64,000 nt of DNA from contig CAWJIM010000024.1 of the NCBI GenBank assembly GCA_963842945.1, positions 1 through 64,000 on the forward strand, written 5' to 3'. The notes under the pieces are model-generated. The model was not told the origin of the DNA and ran no database searches. It worked only from the letters and a program-made list of their open reading frames with translations. Below, piece after piece: positions 30,407 through 40,401 of the stretch; the stretch's first letter is position 1, and each line of letters starts with the position of its first letter. The translations under genes were made by a program, and so were the position numbers. Source of the DNA: an uncultured Gemmatimonadales bacterium (GTDB lineage: Bacteria; Gemmatimonadota; Gemmatimonadetes; Gemmatimonadales; GWC2-71-9).

Positions 30407-30880
30407 TCATGTGGACCCGGCGCTATCGGTGAAGCGGCTGAGCGGCGCCCGACCCTCGCGGGTGAACGAAACCACTGTGTGCGCGCCACCCGGCAGCTTT
30501 AGAGTAGCCTGCCCCTTCATGCTATAGGGCAGGTCGCCATAGCCGAGCGCCGCGCGAACAGCGCTACCCACGCCGAACCAGCCAAACCTCAAGGGCAGCG
30601 TGAGGGTGGTTTCTCCATTTTGGGTGACTGCGAAATCATCGTCGTAGGTAATATCACCCAGGTGGGATCCTTCAACATCGATACCGACCTCGAGCTTATC
30701 GGCATTCAAGGTGAAGTTGTTGGGATTCTGGACTCTCACGATGAGATCCAGATTGCCACCCGCCAGTCCGATGCCCCGCACCACAGCGCGGTCGAGCCGG
30801 ACCTCGGGCTGCTTGAAGTTGGCGCCCAGCCCGGAACAACCGAGCCCGGCCAAGGTGGCGATCGTCCATACCAATCGAAT
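30407..30880 (-). CDS. LEA type 2 (WHy domain) lipoprotein (start ATT 30880 or TTG 30874)
   Basis: Lipobox GLGC, V.NPN motif, beta-rich; AGGAGG SD at 30886-30891. Confidence 0.82.
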   Translation of the reverse strand: MRLVWTIATLAGLGCSGLGANFKQPEVRLDRAVVRGIGLAGGNLDLIVRVQNPNNFTLNADKLEVGIDVEGSHLGDITYDDDFAVTQNGETTLTLPLRFGWFGVGSAVRAALGYGDLPYSMKGQATLKLPGGAHTVVSFTREGRAPLSRFTDSAGST

Positions 30881-30939
30881 ATAGACCTCCTGACGACGGG
30901 AATGCCCTTCTAATCAGGCTGACGATGCGCAGGGTTTGG

Positions 30940-30956
30940 TGCAAGTACAGTGCCCT
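30940..30956 (-). promoter_or_regulatory. Candidate sigma54 -24/-12 promoter
   Basis: AGGGCACTGTACTTGCA (GG-N10-GC), intergenic, upstream of LEA-2/hflX. Confidence 0.55.
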
Positions 30957-30973
30957 GTGTCACACCGAGGTTT

Positions 30974-32342
30974 TCAGCCGGCCGGATCCTGGCTCTGCCG
31001 CTCCCCGCGCTTCAGCTGTGCCCACCGCTCCATCCGCTCGGCCAGGGTCGTCTCGAAGCCGAACGTGCCGGGCACATAGAACAGCGCATCCCGCAGCTGG
31101 TCGGGAAGGTACTCCTGAGGGATATACGCGTCCGGGGAGTTGTGGGCGTATTGGTATCCGCGGTTGTACCCCAGCTCCTTCATCAAGGGCGTGGGAGCGT
31201 TCCTGACGTGAAGCGGCACCGGCGCCGCTGGGGTGTTGCGCGCCGCGTCCATCGCCGCACCCAGCGCTACCTTGGCGCTGTTGGACTTGGGAGCGGTTGC
31301 CAGATAAATCGTCATCTCCGCCAGCGGTAGATAGCCTTCCGGCGGCCCCAGCATGTGGAATGCGTCGCGCGCTGCTACCGCCATCATGAGTGCGTTGGGA
31401 TCGGCCAGCCCAATGTCCTCCGCCGCCATCGCGATGGCGCGGCGAAAGAGGGTCATGGGATCCTCTCCGCCCTCGATCATTCGAGCCATCCAATAGAGCG
31501 CCCCCTGAGGATCGCTGCCCCGTAGCGACTTGTGATAGGCGGACAGCAGATTGAAATGCTCCTCGCCCGCCTTGTCGTACCGGGCGAATCGTTTCTGCAT
31601 CGCCTCGCGTGCCACCTCAGTCGTGATATGTCCCCCGCTTCCGACATGCGCGGCCGCGGCCTCCAGCACGGTCAGCGCCCGCCGCGCGTCTCCGTCGGCC
31701 TCTGATGCGATCAGGGTCACCGCCTCAGGATCCACCGTCGAGTTGGTTGTGTCCGAGACCTCGCTCGCTATCGGCGAGAGCACGATGCATCAGCTGCTCG
31801 ATATGATCCGGGGTCAACGGCTGGAGGACAAAGACCCGGGTCCGGGAGAGCAGTGCCCCGATAACCTCGAAGCTGGGATTCTCAGTGGTGGCACCGATCA
31901 GGGTGACGGTGCCATCCTCGGCCGGCGGCAGAAGGCTGTCCTGCTGCGCCTTGTTGAGCCGGTGAATTTCATCGATGAAGAGTATGGTCTGCTGTCCGCC
32001 GCTCTCCAGCCGATCGCGCGCCTCACCAATGATCTCGCGGATGCGGGGAACGCCTTCGGTCACCGCGCTGAAGGGGACAAAGACGCGTTCGGTTGAGCTT
32101 GCGATGAGGTGGGCAAGGGTGGTCTTCCCGCTGCCCGGTGGGCCCCAGAAGATCATCGAGCCGGGAACCCCGCGCTCGACTGCGTCACGCAGCGGTTTGC
32201 CCGGCCCCAGCAGATGCTCCTGCCCGACGAACTCGTCCAAAGTGGCCGGACGCATTCTGGCAGCGAGAGGACGGCTTTCCCGCCCTCCGGTAAACAGCGA
32301 GGCTTGCCGCTGGGACGTCCGCCTGCGAGGCATCGGAGGCAC
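30974..32342 (-). CDS. rarA: Replication-associated recombination protein A (RarA/MgsA); indel(s) near 31740-31790
   Basis: [51 protein letters not shown]. Confidence 0.93.
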
Positions 32343-32437
32343 CGGGATAGTCTAGGGAAACGTGGAGAGGAAGGCAGCGCACGCGTCGCTGGAGATACTG
32401 TGCCGGGTCATATTTGAACCGGTCCATCCCCACTCCC

Positions 32438-33157
32438 TCATAGGTGAATCATACTGGCAAGGAGCCGCTCGGAGAGAAAGTAGCCGGCCGCTCCCCCGAA
32501 GAAGGCCGCTGCTGTCAGCCATCCTCGCTTGGCCTGAAACTCCGGGACCAGGTTGGAGGCTGCGACGTACAGAGTGACGCCGGCAGAGAGCGCCAGCCCG
32601 TGCCGCGCCAGGGAGGCGACCTGCTCGGTCAGCAGGACTCCCAGAATCGTAGCGGCTCCCAGGATGGCGGCGCCGCCGATCGCCCGCGAGCGGCTCTGTC
32701 CGCCCGCCACCATCACGCTGGCAATGGTCACGCCTTCGGGGAGTTTGTGCAGCAGCACAGCGAGGAACAGCAGGATTCCCAGACGGTCTGACACCAGAAA
32801 TCCGCTGGCGATGGCCACGCCGTCGAAGAAGGTGTGCAGCGTGAGTCCCAGCAGCGCGGAGGTGCCGGCCGACGCGCTCAGGTTGTGGGTCTCTTCCCCA
32901 AAATGAAAGTGGGTCGTGAACACGTGCTGGGCCAGGTGGACCGCGAAATAGCCCGCCAGGACGTAGAGCGCCGCGTCAGGGGAGCCGTCCAGCACCTGGG
33001 GCATCACGCCCAGAAGGGTGACGGCCAGCATGAACCCCGCACCAAATGCCAGACAGGCGTCGATGAACCGCAACCCTCGGCGGAGACGCCCGACCACCGC
33101 GACGGCGCCCAGGACGTTTCCCAAGGCAGCGGCGAGCGCAAAACCTGCCGGATTCAC
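32438..33157 (-). CDS. ZIP family metal transporter
   Basis: HFHFGEETH, HTFFDG, HKLPEG; multi-TM. Confidence 0.9.
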   Translation of the reverse strand: MNPAGFALAAALGNVLGAVAVVGRLRRGLRFIDACLAFGAGFMLAVTLLGVMPQVLDGSPDAALYVLAGYFAVHLAQHVFTTHFHFGEETHNLSASAGTSALLGLTLHTFFDGVAIASGFLVSDRLGILLFLAVLLHKLPEGVTIASVMVAGGQSRSRAIGGAAILGAATILGVLLTEQVASLARHGLALSAGVTLYVAASNLVPEFQAKRGWLTAAAFFGGAAGYFLSERLLASMIHL

Positions 33158-34338
33158 TGGAGCAGCTTTCTGGCTCCGTTGAGGAGCTGCTCCCGCTGGT
33201 TGCGAGAGGGCTCCTCGAGCACCTGGTCGAGCAGAGCCGATAGCACTCTCCCCACGTCCGGCCCAGTAGCGCCGAGCGCCTGGACATCGCTGCCGCTGAT
33301 GGCCAGATCGGCACGGGTCAACGGATCTCCCCGTTGCCGGATCTGATCGACCACGGCAGACCAGGCCGGCTCCTCGCCAGTTCGAAGCACCCAGAGCGCC
33401 ACCAGGTCCCCTGCCGCGGGCCCAACCTGGGAGAGCCAGCGCCGCACCGAGCTCGGGGCCGGCTCCGCCGGCTGTCCGGGCCCCCTCTCGATGGCTGCGG
33501 CTCGCTCGACCTCAGCGTTTGACGCTTTGAGTCGCCGAAGCACGGTGGACGGAGCCCGCGTCAGGAGAGCGGTCAACAACACTGGATCGCGGACCGAAGG
33601 CGGCGGCTCGGAGATCGTTGCGTTGTCATCGGAATCCAGCTCGGGAATCCAGACCGAAGCGGCGCCGGCCTCCCGCCACAGGGAAGCGAACTGAAGAACA
33701 GACCGGGCGGTCTGCAGCCCCTTGAACCATTCGTCTCGCACCCGCTCTGCCGAGAGCTGCTTCAGTCCGGGGGCTGCAGCCTGGGCGGCCCTCCAGGTCT
33801 CCGGATCGATGGCAAACCCAAATCGCGCACTGAATCGAAGCGCCCGAAGGATACGGAGATAGTCTTCAGCAAACCGGTGTGCTGGATTGCCTACCGCCCG
33901 GATCAATCGCGCTTCCAAATCCTTTCTGCCGGAAAGCGGATCTCGCCACTCGTGCCGGAGCGGATGGTAGGCAATGGCGTTGATGGTGAAATCGCGTCGC
34001 GCCAGGTCGTCGTCCAGGGAGACGCCGTACTGGACCACCGCGTGCCGACCATCGGTGGCAACGTCGCGGCGGAAGGTGGTGACCTCGTGCAGCACCCGGT
34101 CGCGGTCCAGCACGCCGACCGTCCCATACTTGACGCCGACCGCCACGGTCCGCGGAAAGAGTCGCTGCACCTCCTCCGGTGTGGCCGACGTGGCGATATC
34201 GAAATCGGATTGCGGGTGACCCAGGAGCCGGTCACGCAGGCTGCCTCCTACGCACCAGGCCTCGAACCCGGAGTGCTCCAGGCTGCGCGCGATGTGCAGG
34301 ATGGGCTCCGGGATCTCCAGGACCGGGGGAAAGATCAC
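33154..34338 (-). CDS. cca: CCA tRNA nucleotidyltransferase
   Basis: VGGSLRD..DFDIAT, EVTTFR, DLARRDFTINA, EDYLR, SAERV. Confidence 0.85.
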   Translation of the reverse strand: MIFPPVLEIPEPILHIARSLEHSGFEAWCVGGSLRDRLLGHPQSDFDIATSATPEEVQRLFPRTVAVGVKYGTVGVLDRDRVLHEVTTFRRDVATDGRHAVVQYGVSLDDDLARRDFTINAIAYHPLRHEWRDPLSGRKDLEARLIRAVGNPAHRFAEDYLRILRALRFSARFGFAIDPETWRAAQAAAPGLKQLSAERVRDEWFKGLQTARSVLQFASLWREAGAASVWIPELDSDDNATISEPPPSVRDPVLLTALLTRAPSTVLRRLKASNAEVERAAAIERGPGQPAEPAPSSVRRWLSQVGPAAGDLVALWVLRTGEEPAWSAVVDQIRQRGDPLTRADLAISGSDVQALGATGPDVGRVLSALLDQVLEEPSRNQREQLLNGARKLLQ

Positions 34339-34339
34339 A

Positions 34340-35297
34340 CTAGCTTCCGTAGGGGCGGCCCGCCGACACCGAGATCATCAGCTCCATCCTCGCCTGGGAT
34401 GGCGTGCGCGGCCCGGCGGGAATGGCTCCCATGGCAATCAGCCGGCTGCCACCTCCCTCGAAAGCATACACCGGGGTCACCTGGCCAAGAGGGCAGCGGG
34501 ATGCCAGCACGACCGGCTTGCCTTCGTCGATCCAGCGGCGGATGGCGGGAACCGCACCGGGCGGCACGTTCCCGCTGCCGAATGCTTCGAGCACCAGGCC
34601 ATCATGAGTGGGTCGCGCCAGGTCGAGCAGCTCACCCGTTGTCTCCCACCACCACAGGAATCAGCGCGATCCGGGCCGAGAGATCCTCGAGATTGGCGGC
34701 GGCAGAGCTAGTCGATTGTTTGCCGCAAGCGGCATGGTATGACACCACGCCATCCACTACTCTGGCGATGGTCGCGCTATGCGGAGCGTCGAAGGCATCG
34801 AGATCGGTCGCGTGCACCTTCACTGCCGTCTGGCCGCCAAAAACCTTCCCATTGAAGACCACCATCACGCCCCGCCCGGCGCTGTCAGGATCAGCGGCAA
34901 CGGCTGCCGCGCTCAGCAGGTTTGCTGGTCCGTCCCATCCTTGGTCGCTCGAGGTTCGCATAGCCCCGGTCATGGCGACCGGGACTTCAGACGATAGTGT
35001 GCGCGCCAGGAGATACGCGCTCTCCTCCAGGATGTCGGTGCCGTGGGTGACCACAACTCCGCGGACGTCGCCGGTAGCCACAATTTCCCGGACCCGCTGC
35101 CGCAACTGCCAGAGCCGGTCTGGTCCCAGGTGGCAGGCAGGGACCCTCGCCCAGTTCTCTATCCGGTAAGGACTGATCCGGTCCAGTCCGTCGGCGAACG
35201 CCACCAGCGCCTCGCCTCCATGGGCGGGGACGTTCCCGCCGGCGGAGGAATCGCGTTGCATGGAGATGGTGCCGCCGGTAAAGAGGAGGTGGATCAT
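34340..35297 (-). CDS. L-asparaginase; indel(s) near 34600-34635
   Basis: TGGTISM, THGTD, TGAMR, G.GNVP, SRC. Confidence 0.88.
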
Positions 35298-35311
35298 AGA
35301 GGTAGAAGAGC

Positions 35312-35339
35312 GTAAGCGGTGAGCGGTGAGAGGTAAACT
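35312..35339. repeat. Short GTRAGCG heptamer array between the SDR and asparaginase genes
   Basis: gtaagcg gtgagcg gtgagag gtaaact; same unit as in 28911-29063. Confidence 0.6.
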
Positions 35340-36092
35340 TTACCCACACAAAACACTCCCTCCGTTGACGTTCAGCACCTCTCCGGTGATATGGCGGGCG
35401 AAGCTGGTGCAGAGAAAAAGAATGGGACCGGCGACGTCTTCGCTGGTCGCGATTCGCCGTAACGGGATGGTTTGCTCGATTCGTTGCCGGTTATCTGCGG
35501 TGAACGCGGGCAGGCTCATGTCGGTGTCCACCCAGCCAGGCGCAACACAGTTCACCGTGATATGGGGTGCGCATTCGATGGCCAGTGACTTGGTGAAGGC
35601 AATCAGCGCACCCTTGGTGGCCGCATAATCCGAGTGATAGGCCTCCCCGCGTTGCCCCGCGGTACTGGACACGATGATGACTCTGCCACCCGGCCGCATG
35701 AGCGCCAACGCGGCCCGGGTGGAGAGGAAGACGGAGTCCAGGTTGGCAGCCAGCGTCTGCCGCCAGCGGGCGAGAGCCATGTCCCTGAGCGTCACCTCGT
35801 CCGGAGGCCACACTCCGGCATTGGCCACAAAGATGTCCAGTCCGCCAAACTCGCGGCGGACGCCGGCCATCAGCCGGTCGGCGACTTCGGGATCGGCCAG
35901 ATCGCCCCCACCGACGAAGGCCCGCCGGCCCAAGCTCCTCACCTCGCGTGCGGCGGCCTCGGCCTCGTCGGCCCGGGTGTGAAAGGTGAGGGCCACGTCG
36001 GCTCCGGCGCGAGCCAGCAGCAGGGCGGCCGCGCGCCCGATTCCCCTGCTCCCGCCGGTAACCAGAGCGGTCTGTCCAGCGAGATCAATCAT
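35340..36092 (-). CDS. SDR family oxidoreductase (FabG-like)
   Basis: TGGSRGIG, NAG, YAATK, VAPGWVDTDM. Confidence 0.9.
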   Translation of the reverse strand: MIDLAGQTALVTGGSRGIGRAAALLLARAGADVALTFHTRADEAEAAAREVRSLGRRAFVGGGDLADPEVADRLMAGVRREFGGLDIFVANAGVWPPDEVTLRDMALARWRQTLAANLDSVFLSTRAALALMRPGGRVIIVSSTAGQRGEAYHSDYAATKGALIAFTKSLAIECAPHITVNCVAPGWVDTDMSLPAFTADNRQRIEQTIPLRRIATSEDVAGPILFLCTSFARHITGEVLNVNGGSVLCG

Positions 36093-36661
36093 GATCCCAG
36101 GAGCTCGCGTTCAACCACTTCGACGATCAGGTGCTCCAGCGCCATATGAATCAGCTGGATGACACTGGTGTCATTGGAAGCGACGATGATTGCCTCGTCG
36201 ACCAGGCCTGCCAACGCTCCGCCGCCCCTCCCCAGAAAGGCGACGCTGGGGACTCCCCCCTCACGCGCGGACCGGACCGCGGCAATCAGATTCGGGCTAT
36301 GCCCGCTGGTGCTGTGCAGGATCAGGAGATCGCCCGGGCCGCAGAGCGCCTCCACCTGTCGGGCAAAAATCTGGTCGAACCCCAGATCATTGCCCGCGGC
36401 GGTCAGGATGGAGGTGTCGGTGGAAAGCGCTACGGCTGCCAAGGCGCGGCGTCCCTCGACGTAGCGCACCACGTACTCCGCCGCCAGGTGCTGGGCATCG
36501 GCCGCGCTGCCACCGTTGCCACAGAAGTACAGGGTTCCACCGTTTCGAAGAACAGCGGCATAGCGACTCGCCACCTGAGCCACCTGGTCGCTGAGGCTTT
36601 GGGCGGCCACCGCTGCTTTGGCCAGAGTGTCCAGACCATGCTCGATCCGGCTCCGGCTCAC
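36089..36661 (-). CDS. gmhA: Phosphoheptose isomerase (SIS domain)
   Basis: CGNGGSAADAQH, TA.GND, STSG.S.N. Confidence 0.9.
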   Translation of the reverse strand: MSRSRIEHGLDTLAKAAVAAQSLSDQVAQVASRYAAVLRNGGTLYFCGNGGSAADAQHLAAEYVVRYVEGRRALAAVALSTDTSILTAAGNDLGFDQIFARQVEALCGPGDLLILHSTSGHSPNLIAAVRSAREGGVPSVAFLGRGGGALAGLVDEAIIVASNDTSVIQLIHMALEHLIVEVVERELLGS

Positions 36662-37419
36662 CGGCTGCCCTCCAGAAATTCCTTGATCCGGCGCATCCAG
36701 CTCTGCCGGATCCGGAGCGGCGGCACTGGAGCGAGCGGCCGGTCGGCCAGGATTGCTCCGGGGTTGAGAGTCGCGAGCAGCTCGACCTGCTCGGCACCGT
36801 CCTGCGCCTGGAGAAAACGGGCGCCGGTCGCGATCGTCCGCTCGTCACCATGGTTGTCGCCGGCCAGAATATCGCCCAGTCCCTCGGCGACGAGCTGGCG
36901 CGCCCGCTGGCCTCTGGCCTGAGGAGTCAGCAGAGTGGTGGCATCTACCTGCATCTTGGCCCCGAGCGATTTCCAATGGTGCACGGCCGGAACGGAGCAA
37001 GCGCTGTAGCGCTCGGGGTGGGCTAGAATCGGAATCAAGCCCTGTTCGAGGACCTGAGAGAGAGCTGTGGTGATGAGGTCTGCAGCAACCAGGCGGGGGA
37101 ACTCGACCAGTATGTACCCACTCCCGCCAAGCGTGACATTCCGCGCTGCCGCTACCGCACGAGGAAGGGGACGGTCCAGCATTACCTCGGCACCCCGGTG
37201 CAGGCGCGGACTGGATGAGGCTTGCAGCCGGAGAGCCTCATACGCTTTCTCGTGCGCCGGAGGAGGACCTGCTTCGGTTCTTCCCGCCTGGAGGTGCGGA
37301 GTGAGACACACATCCGTCACGCCCTGTTCCGCCATGGCGGCAAGCACCTTGATCGACTGCTCGACGGAGCGGGAGCCGTCATCCACGGCCGGGAGGAGAT
37401 GAGAATGGAGATCGATCAC
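36658..37419 (-). CDS. CpsB/CapC-family PHP protein-tyrosine phosphatase
   Basis: DLHSHLLP.VDDG, TPH, AHPERY, GDNH. Confidence 0.88.
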   Translation of the reverse strand: MIDLHSHLLPAVDDGSRSVEQSIKVLAAMAEQGVTDVCLTPHLQAGRTEAGPPPAHEKAYEALRLQASSSPRLHRGAEVMLDRPLPRAVAAARNVTLGGSGYILVEFPRLVAADLITTALSQVLEQGLIPILAHPERYSACSVPAVHHWKSLGAKMQVDATTLLTPQARGQRARQLVAEGLGDILAGDNHGDERTIATGARFLQAQDGAEQVELLATLNPGAILADRPLAPVPPLRIRQSWMRRIKEFLEGSR

Positions 37420-37712
37420 GCCTTCGACCGCCAGGATCTCAGGACCGAGATCGCAAAGTCCTCGAGCTGGTCCGGGGCCGTCTGCGCCTGGGCGAGGAGA
37501 GCCAGAGTAATCAACGCATCGGCGGCAAGCAGGTCGAGTGCAACCGAGCGATCGCCCGGATGGGTGAGCACTCGAGCAAGCGCTGAGTCAGCTGCGGCAG
37601 CCAGCTGATTGGGCAGCGGTCCCCAAGCGGTGGTTGGCAGATAATGGCGGACGCGGGCCCGAAGAGCTGGGGGAGCCGCAGCGGTGTGCCGGTCCACCCA
37701 GTCGGAGTCCAC
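37416..37712 (-). CDS. Small helical hypothetical protein
   Basis: GTG start 2 nt after the alaS stop; stop overlaps the next start; ALDLLAADALIT motif. Confidence 0.65.
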   Translation of the reverse strand: MDSDWVDRHTAAAPPALRARVRHYLPTTAWGPLPNQLAAAADSALARVLTHPGDRSVALDLLAADALITLALLAQAQTAPDQLEDFAISVLRSWRSKA

Positions 37713-37714
37713 CC

Positions 37715-40375
37715 TCAGGCGCGAGGTTCCACAACATGACCATCGGCCAGCCACCCGGCCACCAGCTCGGGTGTGGCCGCGCGCGAGGCTGAGAGCCGGG
37801 CAGGATCGCCGGCACCGGCGGAGGCGAAGTGGGGTCGGCCTCCTCCTTTGCCACCGCTCAGGGCCGCAATCCGGTTCACCAGATCGCCGGCCCTGCGTCC
37901 GGCCCGTACCAGATCGTCGGTCAAGCTGACGTGAATGGAGCCACGGCCGGCGGAGCTGAACAGGACCAGCACGCCGTTGGAGCGGCCCTCACGGAACGTA
38001 TCTGCCATGCGGCCGAGCTCAGCCCGGTCTTCCGAGCTGGTTTCACCTACTGTGAGCTCGACGTCGCCTACCCGGGAAACCTCACCCTGCACCGCTCCCC
38101 CGCCGCTCCGAAGTGCTTCCGCGAGCCGTGCCTCCAAACGCTGCCGTTCCTCCAGGAGTTGCTCCACCCGGCGGACCAGGTGCTCCGGCTGGGATTTCAA
38201 CGCCTCCGCCACCGCGCCCAACCGCTGTTCCAGTGCCCGCACCGCGCGCAACGCTCCCGTTCCGGTGATGGCCTCGATCCGCCGGACCCCCGCCGCGACT
38301 CCGGACTGGCCCGAGAACCGGAAAGTGCCGATCTGCCCGGTGGTCCGGACGTGGGTGCCGCCGCAGAGTTCGAGCGAAGGCCCCATCTGGACGACGCGGA
38401 CGACGTCGCCGTACTTCTCGGAGAAGAAAGCCATGGCTCCGAGCGCCAACGCGTCGGCGTACGGCATCTCGCGGGTAGCGACGGGATCGTTGGCGAGGAG
38501 GAGATCGTTCACCTCGGATTCGATAGCGGTCAGGGTGGCACTGTCGACCGGCCCGTGGTGGGAGAAGTCGAAACGAAGACGCTCCGGCTCCACCAGCGAT
38601 CCCTGCTGCCGGACGTGCGTACCCAGCCGCTTCCTGAGCACATAGTGCACCAGGTGAGTGGCGCTGTGGTTGCGCTCGATATCGTGACGGCGGGGCGCGT
38701 CCACCGCGGCATGAAGCGGGGTGGGCTCGAACTCCTGCTCGAACGAGCCGCCGACAACCGTGCCTTTGGGATCTTTCCGGACACTGTCCACCGGCAGGGA
38801 CCAACCCTTCCCTGCCACGGCGCCGGTGTCACTCACCTGTCCGCCCGATTCCACGTAGAACGGATTCTCCCGCAGCAGTAATTCCACCCGCGGTCCGTCC
38901 TGCCGAAAGGCTAACACGTCGGTGTCCGCCTCGGTCTTCTGATAGCCGACAAACTTCTGCTTGCCCCGCTTGACGCTGCGCCACTTACCGGGCTTGGGCA
39001 CGTGCACCGCCGGGCCTGGCCTTTGCGTCGGGCTGCCGCCCGAGGTACGGGCATCGCGCGAACGGCGGCGCTGCTCATCCAGCGCCTGCTCGAATCCCGC
39101 GAGATCCACATCGACTCCTCGCTCGCCGGTGATGATCTGGGTGAGGTCAATCGGAAAGCCGAACGTGTCGTAGAGCTTGAAGGCATCAGATCCGGAGATC
39201 GTCCTGGTGCCGGCGGCGAAGATCTCCTCCAGACGCCGGAGCCCGCCTTCGATGGTTTCCAGAAAGCGGCGTTCTTCGGTCTCGGTCACTTCGTGGATGT
39301 ACTCCGCCTTGGCCGCCAGCTCCGGGTACACGTCACCCATCTGGTCCACTACCACGGAAGTGAGCGGAGCCAAGGTCGGCTCTCGGCGGCCGAGCAGCCA
39401 GGCGTGGCGGACGGCCCGGCGCAGAATCCGCCGGAGCACATAGCCTCGCCCCTCATTGCTGGGATACACGCCGTCGGTCAGCAGGAAGGCCACCGCGCGG
39501 GCATGGTCGGCGAGCACGCGATAGGAGGCGCGCTCGCCCGAGCTTCTGTCGTAGGTTCGGCCCACCAGCTGGCCGACTCGGTCGATCAGCGGGAGGAACA
39601 GATCCGTGTGGAAGTTGTCGTCCTCCCCCTGCATGACCGCCGCGATGCGCTCGAGACCGGCTCCGGTATCCACCGAGGGCTTGGGCAGTGGCGTGAGGGT
39701 GCCATCCGCCGAGCGATCGAACTGCATGAAGACCAGATTCCAGATCTCCAAGAACCGACCTTCCTCGGCCAGACGCTCAAAGTCAGCCTGAGGAATGATG
39801 TCCTGCCCCGCCGCCCCGCTGCCCCGCTGCCCCTCGAGATCGACATAGATCTCCGAGCACGGCCCGCAGGGACCGGTATCGCCCATCTGCCAGAAGTTGT
39901 CCTTGTCCCCCAGGCCATAGATCCGATGGTCAGGCAGGCCCGAGATCTCCCGCCAAAGTGCCCGGGCCTCATCATCAGTGTGATGGACGGTTACCCAGAG
40001 CCGCTCCGGAGCGATGCCCAGGAAGGTTGGGCTGGTGACGAACTCCCAGGCGTAGGCGATCGCATCGCGCTTGAAGTAATCGCCGAAGGAGAAATTCCCC
40101 AGCATCTCGAAGAAGGTGTGATGCCGCTTGGTGTGGCCAACCTGCTCGAGATCGTTGTGCTTGCCCCCGGCCCGGACGCACTTCTGACAGGTGGTGGCCC
40201 GGAGGTAGTCGCGCTGTTCCTGGCCCAGGAAGACGCGCTTGAACTGGACCATGCCGGCGTTGGTGAACAGCAGGGTGGGATCGTCGGCCGGCACCAGTGA
40301 CGAAGAAGGCACCTCGCGGTGCCCCTTGGAGATGAAGAAGTCGAGGAAAAGACGACGGATTATGCCGGAGTTCAT
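37715..40375 (-). CDS. alaS: Alanine--tRNA ligase
   Basis: LLFTNAGM, HHTFFEMLGNFSFGDYFK, HSATH, ELCGGTH, GKGGG. Confidence 0.98.
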   Translation of the reverse strand: MNSGIIRRLFLDFFISKGHREVPSSSLVPADDPTLLFTNAGMVQFKRVFLGQEQRDYLRATTCQKCVRAGGKHNDLEQVGHTKRHHTFFEMLGNFSFGDYFKRDAIAYAWEFVTSPTFLGIAPERLWVTVHHTDDEARALWREISGLPDHRIYGLGDKDNFWQMGDTGPCGPCSEIYVDLEGQRGSGAAGQDIIPQADFERLAEEGRFLEIWNLVFMQFDRSADGTLTPLPKPSVDTGAGLERIAAVMQGEDDNFHTDLFLPLIDRVGQLVGRTYDRSSGERASYRVLADHARAVAFLLTDGVYPSNEGRGYVLRRILRRAVRHAWLLGRREPTLAPLTSVVVDQMGDVYPELAAKAEYIHEVTETEERRFLETIEGGLRRLEEIFAAGTRTISGSDAFKLYDTFGFPIDLTQIITGERGVDVDLAGFEQALDEQRRRSRDARTSGGSPTQRPGPAVHVPKPGKWRSVKRGKQKFVGYQKTEADTDVLAFRQDGPRVELLLRENPFYVESGGQVSDTGAVAGKGWSLPVDSVRKDPKGTVVGGSFEQEFEPTPLHAAVDAPRRHDIERNHSATHLVHYVLRKRLGTHVRQQGSLVEPERLRFDFSHHGPVDSATLTAIESEVNDLLLANDPVATREMPYADALALGAMAFFSEKYGDVVRVVQMGPSLELCGGTHVRTTGQIGTFRFSGQSGVAAGVRRIEAITGTGALRAVRALEQRLGAVAEALKSQPEHLVRRVEQLLEERQRLEARLAEALRSGGGAVQGEVSRVGDVELTVGETSSEDRAELGRMADTFREGRSNGVLVLFSSAGRGSIHVSLTDDLVRAGRRAGDLVNRIAALSGGKGGGRPHFASAGAGDPARLSASRAATPELVAGWLADGHVVEPRA
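39803..39834. repeat. Octamer array (CTGCCCCG)x4 inside alaS
   Basis: ctgccccg ccgccccg ctgccccg ctgcccct, encodes EGQRGSGAAGQ. Confidence 0.75.
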
Positions 40376-40401
40376 CCGGAAAATATAGGAGGGGCGGCAA
40401 A

